From positions 1-64,000 of the IMG/VR virus record IMGVR_UViG_3300010399_000033: DNA of 64,000 nt; one strand, 5' to 3'. The position numbers and the translations under genes were made by a program. Positions 46,811-56,321 of this stretch are shown in pieces (the stretch's first letter is position 1; every line of letters starts with the position of its first letter). The notes below the pieces were generated by a model. It was not told where the DNA came from, did not search any database, and saw only the letters and a program-made list of their open reading frames with translations. The DNA comes from a virus.

Positions 46811-47344
46811 TCAGTAGTCCTCGTCGTCCGGGTCTCCGAGCGGATCGTCCTCCTCGTCCTCCTCGTCCACACCCAGGACCTGCATTGGCAGCGGCGCTGG
46901 GAGGATCTGCGCAGCCGATCGAGGCGTCGACGGTGCGGGCGAGGCGTCGATCGTGCGCCCCAGAAGGTTGAGCGTTTCGACGTAGGAGTCGTTGATCGGG
47001 TAGACCTTGATGCCGCGCCCGTCGGCGAAGCTGATGACCAGAACATCGGGGTTGGCGTTGCTCTGGTTCACCCCGGAGAGATGCGCTGGATAGACCGAGA
47101 TCCGCCGACCATCAGGACGCGTGAACTCGACCAGGGTGCCGCCAGCCTCGCGCAGGCGAGCGCAGACGTCAGTGTAGCTGACCGAGGTTTTGTAGCCACG
47201 ACCGTTCTGCATGCGGATGATTACGCAGTTGCGGTCGTCGGCGCCGGGGCTGGGGTCGGGAGCGTTCGGCTCCAAAACACCCGCCACGTAGCTCGGGTGG
47301 ACGTTCAGACGCGTCCCATCGGGACGATTGAATTCGACGAGCAT
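46811..47344 (-). CDS. Tandem-repeat protein with two FlbD/SwrD-like units and acidic tail
   Basis: LVEFNRPDGTRLNVHP..V.GV / LVEFTRPDGRRISVYP..L.GV internal duplication; RBS aggagg. Confidence 0.55.
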   Translation of the reverse strand: MLVEFNRPDGTRLNVHPSYVAGVLEPNAPDPSPGADDRNCVIIRMQNGRGYKTSVSYTDVCARLREAGGTLVEFTRPDGRRISVYPAHLSGVNQSNANPDVLVISFADGRGIKVYPINDSYVETLNLLGRTIDASPAPSTPRSAAQILPAPLPMQVLGVDEEDEEDDPLGDPDDEDY

Positions 47345-47402
47345 GGTTGTTCCTCCTATCTGCGTCGAATGATGGTGCCGATCGCACCGCGAGCAGCTCC
47401 GC

Positions 47403-47675
47403 TTAGGAAGCTGCTGACGCTGCGGTCATGGCTAGTGCTTTGATCGCCTCTTTCAAATCGGCAGCCTCCTGCCGCCATGCTCTCGCCTCATGCTCCTTGT
47501 GGATAACCCAAAAACGAAGCTTGAGCGCAAGTGGATTGACAAGCTGCCCATTCACCCAGCAAGCCTCGAGACGCGGGCGAAAGTGCGTAGCAACCGCTTC
47601 GCTGCCCTCGGCGAGAAGCTCCAAACTGTCGACCTGCTCCTGCAGCTTGTCGGCCAATGATTTTTCCGTGCTCAT
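47403..47675 (-). CDS. Hypothetical protein
   Basis: Helical 90 aa ORF in the early cluster. Confidence 0.4.
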   Translation of the reverse strand: MSTEKSLADKLQEQVDSLELLAEGSEAVATHFRPRLEACWVNGQLVNPLALKLRFWVIHKEHEARAWRQEAADLKEAIKALAMTAASAAS

Positions 47676-47834
47676 TTGTGGACCCATCCAATGTTGATCG
47701 AACCGTCGAGGCCTCGCGTGAACCGCACGCCGTTGCGAACGTAGCAGCAGGTGCCCTGCCGCCAATGGATCATCTTCCGGAACGTCTGAAACGCGCGTTG
47801 GTATTCGCCACGCCTGATCATGACTGGTCTCCTT

Positions 47835-48056
47835 TTACAGTCCATATGACTGCGCGAGCAACTCTGCTTGTCGGGGATCGCGGACCGCGGCGACGCTGCC
47901 GGCGATGGCGAGCACGCGAAAGCGGGTGGTGGATAAGCTGTCGAGCGTGCCGCCGCTTTCGCAGCGCATGTACGCCTCGACGTGGCGGGGGTCGATCTTG
48001 GGCAGTGGTGGGATGATGCCCAAGATCTGCTGCTGGTATGCCGATTTGTGTGCCAT
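47835..48056 (-). CDS. Hypothetical protein
   Basis: DPRHVEAYMR...GTLDSLS...F...AELLAQSYGL. Confidence 0.6.
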   Translation of the reverse strand: MAHKSAYQQQILGIIPPLPKIDPRHVEAYMRCESGGTLDSLSTTRFRVLAIAGSVAAVRDPRQAELLAQSYGL

Positions 48057-48256
48057 CACTGCACCGTCTCGTCGACGAAGGGGATGGAAAACCGCTTGGC
48101 GTATTTTGCGGCGTGCTTCCGCAAACCGGGGAGTGACTTGCCGGTTCGGTACGGAAAGCTCTCGATCACGGTGGATCCGCTCTTGGTCTCCGGAGCGAAC
48201 ACGCGCAATTGGATGTGCGTCGCTGTCCGCTGCAGCACGATTTTGGTGGGGGTCAT
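48056..48256 (-). CDS. Hypothetical early protein
   Basis: RBS ggag; first gene after the leftward promoter. Confidence 0.55.
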   Translation of the reverse strand: MTPTKIVLQRTATHIQLRVFAPETKSGSTVIESFPYRTGKSLPGLRKHAAKYAKRFSIPFVDETVQ

Positions 48257-48282
48257 TGCCGATCTCCATTTCGATGGAAACG

Positions 48283-48317
48283 AGCATAAGCTAGAGAAAA
48301 ATGGATTGCAAGAACTA
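48283..48317 (-). promoter_or_regulatory. Leftward sigma70-type early promoter
   Basis: - strand TAGTTC-TTGCAA-N17-TATGCT in an AT-rich divergent gap. Confidence 0.7.
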
Positions 48318-48380
48318 TTTTTGTGCATATTCCCATACCATGTCATTGATTTTGCTATGCTTTCGTGTCGCACAATTCCC

Positions 48381-48410
48381 TTGACATCCATTTCGTGAGC
48401 CGATATTCAT
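48381..48410 (+). promoter_or_regulatory. Rightward sigma70-type early promoter
   Basis: TTGACA (48381)-N17-TATTCA. Confidence 0.6.
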
Positions 48411-48456
48411 TGCCACATCGGCTCAGACGGAGCCTTTTCCGAAGGGGCACTTCCCA

Positions 48457-48756
48457 ATGACAGACAATCGTCCCGGCATCGTCTTGTGGCGTGACCGCGA
48501 GGCGGGGTGTTGGATGCGGACCGATCGCGGCGCGTCCATCCGCGATGACGTCACATCCAATATGGCGTACTCCAGCGCTGAAAAGGCGGGAGACGTGGCG
48601 CGGATAGTGATGAGGGCCAATCCCGGAACGCGCGTGGGTATCAAGTCTTGTGAGTTCGGCCCGATGACTGTTGCTTATTGCATCCGCAATGGCTATGGCG
48701 ACGTTCTGTGGATGCAAGCACGCCAGCTGTTTGAGGCTATTCCCAATGTCCGATAA
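48457..48756 (+). CDS. Hypothetical early protein
   Basis: RBS gaagggg; first gene of the rightward unit. Confidence 0.55.
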   Translation: MTDNRPGIVLWRDREAGCWMRTDRGASIRDDVTSNMAYSSAEKAGDVARIVMRANPGTRVGIKSCEFGPMTVAYCIRNGYGDVLWMQARQLFEAIPNVR

Positions 48757-49231
48757 AACCACATGCCAGATCTGCGCGCGGCGGATCAAGGCCGCCAAGG
48801 GCGTGATTGCTCACCATGGGTACAAGCGGCCCGGTGGTGGATGGCAGACCGGCTCATGCTTCGGCGCACGGCACCTTCCCTACGAGGTTTCGTGCGACGT
48901 CATTCCGCTTGCGATCGCAAATACTGAGCGGCAGCGGGAAAGGACGGTCGCCGCGTTGGAAAAGCTGCGCACGTCGCCGCCGGATAGGATGTCATACATC
49001 AAAAGGGGGTATGACGCGAGCTACCGACAGACTCAAACTCTGGTCGAGGTCCCTCGACCGGATGGCTTCGATCCCAAGACCTGTCGGAATAACTTCATTT
49101 CCGGGTCTTATGTGGGCCTCTATCTTAGCGCCATCAAGGACGATGAATTCGCTATCCAGGACATGACCGCATTTTTGAAGTATCTCAATGAGCGCCTCGC
49201 CAACTGGAAACCGGTGAGGACTGGGGGCTGA
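48746..49231 (+). CDS. Zn-binding hypothetical protein
   Basis: TCQIC.R..K...G.IAHHGY.RPG.GWQT.SC.GAR..PYE.SC. Confidence 0.65.
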   Translation: MSDKTTCQICARRIKAAKGVIAHHGYKRPGGGWQTGSCFGARHLPYEVSCDVIPLAIANTERQRERTVAALEKLRTSPPDRMSYIKRGYDASYRQTQTLVEVPRPDGFDPKTCRNNFISGSYVGLYLSAIKDDEFAIQDMTAFLKYLNERLANWKPVRTGG

Positions 49232-49233
49232 CA

Positions 49234-50457
49234 ATGGCGAACACCACCCTTGGACGTACCTTCGGTGTCGAGATTGAGTGCGTCTCCAATCTGGCACGCA
49301 GCGAGTTGGCGCAACGCATCAGCCATGCCGGCGTCGACTGCCAATCAGAAAGCCTTTCGCATCACACGCGGGACTATTGGCGTGTGACCACTGACGGATC
49401 CGTGGGCGCGAGCGGAATAGAGATCGTATCTCCGGTGCTGAACTGGACGCGCGGGCCCGAGGAGATCATGCGAGTGTGCGAGGTGCTCCGCGCCGCCGGA
49501 TGCCGTGTCAATCCGCAGTGTGGACTGCATGTGCATGTCGGTGTTCGGCATCCGTCGACGTCGTGGTCCACTCCCATGGCAAAGCGGCTGCCGCTGGCAT
49601 ACGCGCGAGCAGAGCATGTGATCGACAAGTGGATGCCACCGTCTCGGCGCGGCGACAGCAACTACTACTGTCGCTCGCTGGCGCAGAGGCTGAAGCAGCA
49701 TAGGGTCCTGGAGGCGAACAGCCCTCGCGATGTCATTGTGGCGGCACGTATGATACACGACTACGCCAACCGCGGTAACCGGTATGTCAAGCTCAATATG
49801 ATACCGGTCTACGATTACGGCACTGTCGAGTTCCGGCAGCATAGCGGCACGCTCGACGACACGAAGGTGATCCAGTGGGCGAAGTTTTGCCTGCGCTTCG
49901 TGGACGCGGCGGCAAGCTACGTGCCGCCAGCGCAGACCGAGGCACCCGCGCCTGCAGCAGCTACTACGCAGACGCTGGCGGCTGGAACTACGCCGCGACG
50001 TCCACGTAGCGGCACCGCGCGTGCTGTCATATTCGACATGCTGACCCGTCCGGAGGGATGCACCACACGCGAGGTTCTCGACGCCACTGGGTGGCGACAG
50101 GTGTCGGTGCTTGGCACCGCTAACCAGATGGGCCTGACTGTCCGCACCGTGCGCGTGCGCGAGACTTACGGCGCGAGGACGCGCAGCGTTCTGCGGTTCT
50201 ATGCCGACTTGCTTGCGCCTATGTTCCAGGCCGCAGTGCAATCTACCCTGGAAATGGCTGTCGCTCCTCCGCTGCTGCCCATGACGTTCACGCAAGACGA
50301 GCTGTTTGAATACCTCGGAATGCCGGACGACGAGCGACTCTACTGGACAACACGAGCGCGGCGCCTGGCTACGATCGAGCAGGGAGCGTCAAACCCCTCG
50401 GCGGTTGGAATGACTGACGACAGTTACAGAGCATACGCACAGGAGGCGATGTCATGA
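49234..50457 (+). CDS. Amidoligase (COOH-NH2 ligase, Amidoligase_2-like) fused to a DUF3489-like wHTH
   Basis: TFGVEIE, W....DGS, EIVSPVL, CGLHVHVG, RY.KLN, GTVEFRQH.GT; C-terminal MLTRPEGCT..E...ATGW. Confidence 0.85.
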   Translation: MANTTLGRTFGVEIECVSNLARSELAQRISHAGVDCQSESLSHHTRDYWRVTTDGSVGASGIEIVSPVLNWTRGPEEIMRVCEVLRAAGCRVNPQCGLHVHVGVRHPSTSWSTPMAKRLPLAYARAEHVIDKWMPPSRRGDSNYYCRSLAQRLKQHRVLEANSPRDVIVAARMIHDYANRGNRYVKLNMIPVYDYGTVEFRQHSGTLDDTKVIQWAKFCLRFVDAAASYVPPAQTEAPAPAAATTQTLAAGTTPRRPRSGTARAVIFDMLTRPEGCTTREVLDATGWRQVSVLGTANQMGLTVRTVRVRETYGARTRSVLRFYADLLAPMFQAAVQSTLEMAVAPPLLPMTFTQDELFEYLGMPDDERLYWTTRARRLATIEQGASNPSAVGMTDDSYRAYAQEAMS

Positions 50458-51167
50458 GCAAGGTGATCATCCGGCGCGGCGCCAAGACAACCAGCAAAAC
50501 AAAGAAGCGTCCCACCACAGAGTTCAGGCGAACGTTGAACGCTCCTGCGGTGAAGCGGCCGAAGCCAACTATCCTGTATATGGCCTACGGATCCAACCTG
50601 CACATTCGCAGCATGATGCGGAGGTGCCCCGACGCCGAACCGATCGGGACACGCATGCTCAACAATGCGCGCCTGGTGTTCCGTGGCGTCGCGGATTTGG
50701 CATTCGAGCCTGACCACTTGGCGCCCGTGGCGCTGTGGAATATCTCGACACGCGATGAAGCATCGCTCGACGGATACGAGGGCGTGTCGGCTGGGATCTA
50801 TGGGCGCTACTGGATCCCGCTTGGCGGCGGATACCGCGGCCGCAGGGCGCTGGTCTATCTGATGCACGACACCGGGATCTTCCCGCCGTCTGCACACTAC
50901 GTGTCAACGATCCGCGATGGATACCGCAACTTCCGTCTGGATCAAAGCTTTCTGGACGAGGCGATCGCGCACAGCTATGACCAAAAGACCCCAACGACTC
51001 ACACACGAGATCGACGCGGGCGGCAGCGCGCACTGCGCCAACCGCTGGTCGAGATGCCGGAGGAGGTCGCGCTGGCGCGGTTGGACAGTGTCCAGCTGTT
51101 CCAGCAGACGCAGAAGTTCCCGTTCCAACTGACGTATGATGCTGCAGTCGAGATCATAGAGGAGTGA
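50454..51167 (+). CDS. Gamma-glutamylcyclotransferase
   Basis: LYMAYGSNL...M..RCP.A...L.FRGVAD...LDGYEG...Y...PPS..Y...I.DGY. Confidence 0.85.
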   Translation: MSKVIIRRGAKTTSKTKKRPTTEFRRTLNAPAVKRPKPTILYMAYGSNLHIRSMMRRCPDAEPIGTRMLNNARLVFRGVADLAFEPDHLAPVALWNISTRDEASLDGYEGVSAGIYGRYWIPLGGGYRGRRALVYLMHDTGIFPPSAHYVSTIRDGYRNFRLDQSFLDEAIAHSYDQKTPTTHTRDRRGRQRALRQPLVEMPEEVALARLDSVQLFQQTQKFPFQLTYDAAVEIIEE

Positions 51168-51502
51168 CGTCCATGTCCGATCGAACCAAAAGGATGACCG
51201 AGCCGCCCCCGTGCATGCTGCCTGACGGCACGCTGAACGTGGTGGATCCGCTCGACGTCGCAATACACATGTGCGAGAACTGGGAAAAGCAGCGCCGCAC
51301 AACCAAGAAGGAGAAAGTCATGGATCCGAATGCATGCCTTCTGCAGCTGCTGCAGGCAATCGAGGCGCGTAGGTGGGGCGAGGCGCGTGAGTCTCTTTCC
51401 CACATGGAGCAGTGGATCCAGAACGGCGGGTTTCAGGGGGCTGGCATCGCTGCAGCATCAGCCGCAGTCTATAAAGTGATTTGGGATAAGAAAGGATGAC
51501 TT

Positions 51503-51834
51503 ATGTCGGAGGAACGACAGAAGGTGCTGAACCGGGCGCGGCGTGTGCTGGCGCTGATTGAAGCGAACGCAAAACAAGCCACGCCGGGCCCGTGGGATAT
51601 CAGCCATGGGCACGTCTTCAAAGGCGAGGAAAAGAATGGAAAGTGGCATGCGTATGACATCGCGTGTCAGCCATGGGAGCGCAGCCAGTGCGTTTACGGC
51701 GTGAACCCGGACAACAAGCGCGACCGCAATGTGCGGCACATCGCGACCTGTCATCCCAAGGCCATGCAGCAGTTGGGTCGACGATCTGCGCGAGCTGCTG
51801 CCCCGAACTGAAACTGGAGGAAAAGAAGTCATGA
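51503..51834 (+). CDS. Ead/Ea22-like hypothetical protein (two apparent +1 frameshifts)
   Basis: ATPGPW...HIA..HP motif. Removing one G (51775-77) and one C (51801-04) gives ..QLVDDLRELLPELKLEEKKS* ending in ATGA. Confidence 0.5.
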
Positions 51835-52142
51835 GCCGATTGTTTGGATGGAGCCTGCCACCGGGGTGCTCGACGCTCCCCGGCGAGGAGGACGAGGGCC
51901 CCTGCGACGTCTGCAAGAAGGCTGTCGACGATTGCATCTGCGATGAGTGTCCGACGTGCGAGGCACAGGGCGATCCGAAGTGTTTTCGCGAGCATGGTCT
52001 GCGCCTGACGCGCGAGCAAGTGGTGTCCCGTCTTGAGGCCGAGGCGTACGAACTGCAGGAACGCCTTGACGGCGTTCGGGCGGAGGCAAGCCGTGTGCGT
52101 AATGGCGGAGAGTTCCTCGACTGGCTTCCGCGGTCGGGGTGA
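51831..52142 (+). CDS. Cys-rich hypothetical protein
   Basis: FGWSLPPGC..LPGEE..CDVC....DDCIC.ECP.C...GDP.C..EHG. Confidence 0.6.
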   Translation: MSRLFGWSLPPGCSTLPGEEDEGPCDVCKKAVDDCICDECPTCEAQGDPKCFREHGLRLTREQVVSRLEAEAYELQERLDGVRAEASRVRNGGEFLDWLPRSG

Positions 52143-52145
52143 GTC

Positions 52146-52391
52146 ATGCGGTTCGTGTGCAAGGGACTGCGTACGGTCCGAGCGGGACCGAGTGTCCGCA
52201 ACGCAGATGACGCCGGCCGGGTGTTCGCTCACCGGCTGGCGTCCAAGATGTTCGGACGCCATGCGCGCTGCCTGTCGATTTCACGGGTGCGGGGAATGCG
52301 CCCCGCCACTTACATGGTGGAGATCGGAAACAGCCGAATGCGCGCGACCGAGATCATTCGCGTCGAGGTGCGATACGGGAGGGAAGAATGA
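52146..52391 (+). CDS. Hypothetical basic protein
   Basis: 81 aa, tightly packed in the operon. Confidence 0.4.
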   Translation: MRFVCKGLRTVRAGPSVRNADDAGRVFAHRLASKMFGRHARCLSISRVRGMRPATYMVEIGNSRMRATEIIRVEVRYGREE

Positions 52392-52672
52392 AAGTCTATG
52401 AGATGATGAACCTGGACGGAGTGAACGCCTGCATGGTGGCTGCGAAAAATCTGAAAGAAGCGGCCGAGCTTATGGACATTACGCCGTATCAAATGCGCCG
52501 CATGGGCTGGAGGTACGCGTCAGACGCCACCACTGATCAGAGCACGCTTGACGCCGCGTCCACTGCTCTGGCCAAGCCAGGTGTGCGCTTGTATCGACCG
52601 GTCACGCCCCGCGCCGAACCGTGGCGCGAGGAGCGCTACTTGCGCGAGGAGCTGTATCGCCGTCCAAGATAG
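52388..52672 (+). CDS. Hypothetical protein
   Basis: VAAK..KEAAEL...ALAKPGV.LYRP; resembles 60773..61006. Confidence 0.5.
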   Translation: MKVYEMMNLDGVNACMVAAKNLKEAAELMDITPYQMRRMGWRYASDATTDQSTLDAASTALAKPGVRLYRPVTPRAEPWREERYLREELYRRPR

Positions 52673-54194
52673 CGTGCATCTGCTCCTGGCCCTCGCGCAC
52701 GAACTCCAGCACCTTCTCGTCATTGGTGTCCTCGGTGACCAAGTCGTACAAGAACACGTGCTCATGTGCGGAGCCCTGCCGCCGGATGCGGCCTTCGCAC
52801 TGCGCACGGACCGTGCTCGACACCGGCGACTCATAGAAGAAACCGTACTTCGCAATCTGGATGTTCAGGCCGGCGCCGAACAAGTTCTGCAGCAGCATGA
52901 CCCGGCGCCGATCGTCGTTGACAAAGGACAGCAGCTCCTGATCGCTGCGTTTCGCCCTTCCCGCCAGATGGCTATATCCGATCTTCAGTCGTTTGAGCTG
53001 CTCGGCGATCCGCGCCGCGGACCAGGTGAACTCGTAGAAGATTACACACTTGTGCTCGTCGACGACGCCCTCCACCAGCGACATCAGCATTTCAAGCTTC
53101 GGGTTCTCGTCGAAGGCAAACTGCGCTCGCGTCCCCGTATCGTCGTCGCTGTAGCCGACAAATCCGGACGAGATCTGCCGCAGGCGTAGGAACGCGTTCT
53201 TGCTCTCCTGAATACTGCCGCGCCCGTTCTTCCACAGCTCCCAGGCGCGTTTGTAATGCGTCTGCGCATCGGTCGGCAGCTGGATGTATTTCTTGATCAT
53301 GCTGCATGCCGGAAGATCGGCTTCGTTGGCGCGGATGCGGATGGACCGGTGATTCAGGACCCGGCGCAGTTCCGGCATCATCTGCTTTCGGAAATTGTAC
53401 TCGCGTCCGCCCCAATAGTTGTCCTTGGCTGAGAAGAACACGTCGCGGAAGAACCCGAGCGTCTTGCCCAAAGTCTCGCCGTTGTCGACCAGGAACATCT
53501 GCGACCACACCCGCTCGACGTTTCGACCGAACGGCGTTCCTGACAGAGCGAAGACCAATTGCGCGGTCTGGCCCAGCTTGCGGCTGATGCGGAAGGGAAG
53601 CGTCTTCTTGTTGGCGCAGTTCTGCGACTCGTCGATCACCAGCCCGGACGTCAGTCGAGAAAGCTTAGTGATCTTGCCGCGCTTCGGAACCACACGCAGC
53701 TTCTTGCTCTTGCTTTTGCCCTTTCGTCCGTCGCGGCCGAGGTCGCCCACCAGCCGCGCCATGCCGCCGTAAGTCTCAATCATCAGGAGCGCATCATCGC
53801 CGTGCTCCTCGATCTGTGCCCACTTGTCGCGAGACGAGCCGCGAAGCACCAGGTATGGCAGGTGAGGCATGTGCTTCTCGATCTCACGCTGCCACTCGGC
53901 CTTGTTTGGCTTGCGCGGGACGAGCACGATCACTGGGATGCGCAGATGGTTGACTAGCGCCAGCATGACGAAAGTTTTGCCCGTTCCCGTCGCCGCCCAT
54001 AGGGCGAACCGGCGTGTGCGCAGGCAGATGAGGAACATGACCTTCTGGTGCCGGCGCATGCGGCGCCACACATCGGGGTCGACCTTATGCTTTCGCGCCA
54101 GCCGGTCGAGCTGGACGGCGCTGAGTCGCTGGTAGACTCGCCAGTCGTCGCGCTCCTTCTCCAGGAACGCGCGGATGATGCGCTCTGGTGTCAT
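52602..54194 (-). CDS. SNF2-family (SF2) helicase
   Basis: TGTGKT, IDESQ, LSGTP, LRLRQISSGF, NPKL, GAGLN, QCEGRIRRQG. Confidence 0.9.
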   Translation of the reverse strand: MTPERIIRAFLEKERDDWRVYQRLSAVQLDRLARKHKVDPDVWRRMRRHQKVMFLICLRTRRFALWAATGTGKTFVMLALVNHLRIPVIVLVPRKPNKAEWQREIEKHMPHLPYLVLRGSSRDKWAQIEEHGDDALLMIETYGGMARLVGDLGRDGRKGKSKSKKLRVVPKRGKITKLSRLTSGLVIDESQNCANKKTLPFRISRKLGQTAQLVFALSGTPFGRNVERVWSQMFLVDNGETLGKTLGFFRDVFFSAKDNYWGGREYNFRKQMMPELRRVLNHRSIRIRANEADLPACSMIKKYIQLPTDAQTHYKRAWELWKNGRGSIQESKNAFLRLRQISSGFVGYSDDDTGTRAQFAFDENPKLEMLMSLVEGVVDEHKCVIFYEFTWSAARIAEQLKRLKIGYSHLAGRAKRSDQELLSFVNDDRRRVMLLQNLFGAGLNIQIAKYGFFYESPVSSTVRAQCEGRIRRQGSAHEHVFLYDLVTEDTNDEKVLEFVREGQEQMHAILDGDTAPRASSAPRATVRRGA

Positions 54195-54661
54195 CAGTGA
54201 TGCGTCGCCACGCTGGCGACGGGGCCTTCCAGCGCCTCGCATATGAGCACCAAGGGCCCGCCGCGGTGTGTCCGGATGGTGATCGGCCTTTTGGTCTCTG
54301 TGATCGCAACTCTGATCGGATTCCTCATTTCGCGCTCCACCAGGCATGCACCTGCTCGGTAATCAGGTGCCCGCGCAGACCAAGAGCATGCAGCTTGGCG
54401 CGGAAGACATGGAGCGAAATCTCCCGCGCGTTGAACTGCCGACCGGCTTCGGCAATCCGCGCCTCGATGATCTCCCGCCGCTCCGGATCATCGCGGTTCA
54501 CTGACGTTTTCCTGACTTCTTTGCGCCTAAGCGTTCAAGCCACACACCGAACTGGAACCCACCCATCGCGGCCTGCAGCGCGATCATCCATGGCTCACTC
54601 AGCACAGTTGCAGCTAGGATTATCAGAGCTGTAGCAATGACTAGGCGGATGCGTTCATGGT

Positions 54662-55576
54662 TCATTGGCACTCACCGGGCAGCGACTTGCGAAATTGGCG
54701 CCAGCCGCGGAGGTTGCCGTGAAGGTGCGGGCACTCCCAGGCGGTTCTGGTGCAGGCCGCGTCGACCCACACCTGCGTGTCAGGCGTCGCCTGATGCTCG
54801 CACGGTGAGGCGTGGAGCGGGACGGAGGCCACCAGCCGGTCGTAGAGCGCGAGGTCCTGCTCGACCGTCGGCACCTTGCCGTCCTGGGTCAGGTATGAGA
54901 CGCGAGCACAGCGCGCCACCGACACCTTGATGACCTGCTCCAGGTTCATGGGGACCTCGTCGGCACCGCTCTCGTGCTGGCGGGGTGTCACATAGGGCAG
55001 ATGCCACTCGCCGGGCTGCAGCACCCGCGGGGTTGCGCCAGCGATCGCGTCCCGCACAGCCTCGGCGAGCGCACGCATCTCTGGCTGCGCGTCGGGATGG
55101 CAGCGCAGCGCGAAGAAGTTGGACCACTCGGTCGCGGTCACGACCACGTTGATGTGCAGCCACGGTTCCAGCAGGCGGTTGACGATCTGCTTGTGATATT
55201 TGGCCTTGGCGAAAGCCCCCGCCGCATCGACCATCTGATCTCGCGCACGCAGCCACGCGTGCAAACGATCGCAGACCATGTGAGTGCGGTCATCACGGTC
55301 GGACATCGGCATCAGCACCGGCTCGTCGCACTCCTCCCGCGCCTGCATGCCGGGCTGGTTCTTGCCCCAGTGCATTGGGATGACCGGGTCGTCCAGCACG
55401 TCCTGGATCATGCGTTCGACCGGGATCGCGCGGGACGACGAGGCGTTGCGCGAAAATACGCGGTGCGTCATCAGCTCGCCGTGGATGAGCTTGGGGTAGC
55501 GGAGCTGCAGAGTGTAGAGCGGCGGGCCGCCGTGCGGGTGGGCGGATGCCGCGATGATCTTTGCCGTGATGGTCAT
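54662..55576 (-). CDS. thyX: FAD-dependent thymidylate synthase
   Basis: H.ELMTHRVFSRNASSSRAIP, HKQIVNRLLEP, NFF.LR.H..AQPE, HASP.EH. Confidence 0.85.
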   Translation of the reverse strand: MTITAKIIAASAHPHGGPPLYTLQLRYPKLIHGELMTHRVFSRNASSSRAIPVERMIQDVLDDPVIPMHWGKNQPGMQAREECDEPVLMPMSDRDDRTHMVCDRLHAWLRARDQMVDAAGAFAKAKYHKQIVNRLLEPWLHINVVVTATEWSNFFALRCHPDAQPEMRALAEAVRDAIAGATPRVLQPGEWHLPYVTPRQHESGADEVPMNLEQVIKVSVARCARVSYLTQDGKVPTVEQDLALYDRLVASVPLHASPCEHQATPDTQVWVDAACTRTAWECPHLHGNLRGWRQFRKSLPGECQ

Positions 55577-55920
55577 GTGTTCCGTCTCCTACTTATTACC
55601 AAACAAAGATGCTGAATGCCGATTAGAGTGAACCCCCAACGCGGCGCGAGCGATAGCATTAGCAAGAACAACAGCCATGCCGGCACCTGTACGATCTCCG
55701 TCCACATGTAAGTTTCCCCGAACAGCACAGCGAAGGCGCTGACTATAACTGCCCCCACGCACAAGGTAGCTAGCAGTTCTTTGTTATTGGCAGCCTCTAT
55801 TAGTATCCCGCCGAGCCACCAAACAGGGAACGCGAGCAGGCCAAATTCGCTAGGGATCAGCCCGGCGAGGATTAGCGTGACCGCCAGGATCGGGAAACCG
55901 ATCAGCCATCCGACGTACAT
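55573..55920 (-). CDS. Multi-pass membrane protein
   Basis: Almost entirely hydrophobic, 115 aa. Confidence 0.5.
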   Translation of the reverse strand: MYVGWLIGFPILAVTLILAGLIPSEFGLLAFPVWWLGGILIEAANNKELLATLCVGAVIVSAFAVLFGETYMWTEIVQVPAWLLFLLMLSLAPRWGFTLIGIQHLCLVISRRRNT

Positions 55921-56321
55921 GGGTTTACCCCTAGGTTTTGCCGACGTTCGTAGTCGGCGTAGTAGTTGAGATACCACTGCGCCTTGGCAATGTCCTCGCT
56001 CCCGCCCTTCTTCTTGGCGCGGGCAAGGTATTTGTGGATGTTGAACTTGAGCGCGCCGCGGAATTCTTCGGGCGTCAGCCATGCTTCCAATACCTTGATG
56101 ACCTCGTACGGGTTGTCTGCACCGCCGTAGTGGTCAGGATGGTTCACAGCTTCCTCGGAAGTGCCGCCTTCGAGCAACTCGACGGTCAGGTCGATCTTTG
56201 ACGGATCTGTGCAATCAAGCCCTTCCAGAATTATTTCGCGCATCTCATATGCCACGTTCTCGTCACCTACTTCGGTGAAGCAGAACTGCGGCAGTGTGAC
56301 ACGAAATGAATGGCTGGTCAT
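55902..56321 (-). CDS. DUF3310 domain protein
   Basis: VNHPDHYG...EVI....N..KY..RA.KKG..EDI.KA.WYL. Confidence 0.85.
   Translation of the reverse strand: MTSHSFRVTLPQFCFTEVGDENVAYEMREIILEGLDCTDPSKIDLTVELLEGGTSEEAVNHPDHYGGADNPYEVIKVLEAWLTPEEFRGALKFNIHKYLARAKKKGGSEDIAKAQWYLNYYADYERRQNLGVNPCTSDG

Noticed and set aside
32259-55576. Hypermodified-base (hmU, dU, Z or 7-deazaguanine) genome
   Set aside because: ThyX is present and no dUMP hydroxymethylase, PurZ or DpdA/Que genes are recognisable in this window. The rest of the genome is unseen.
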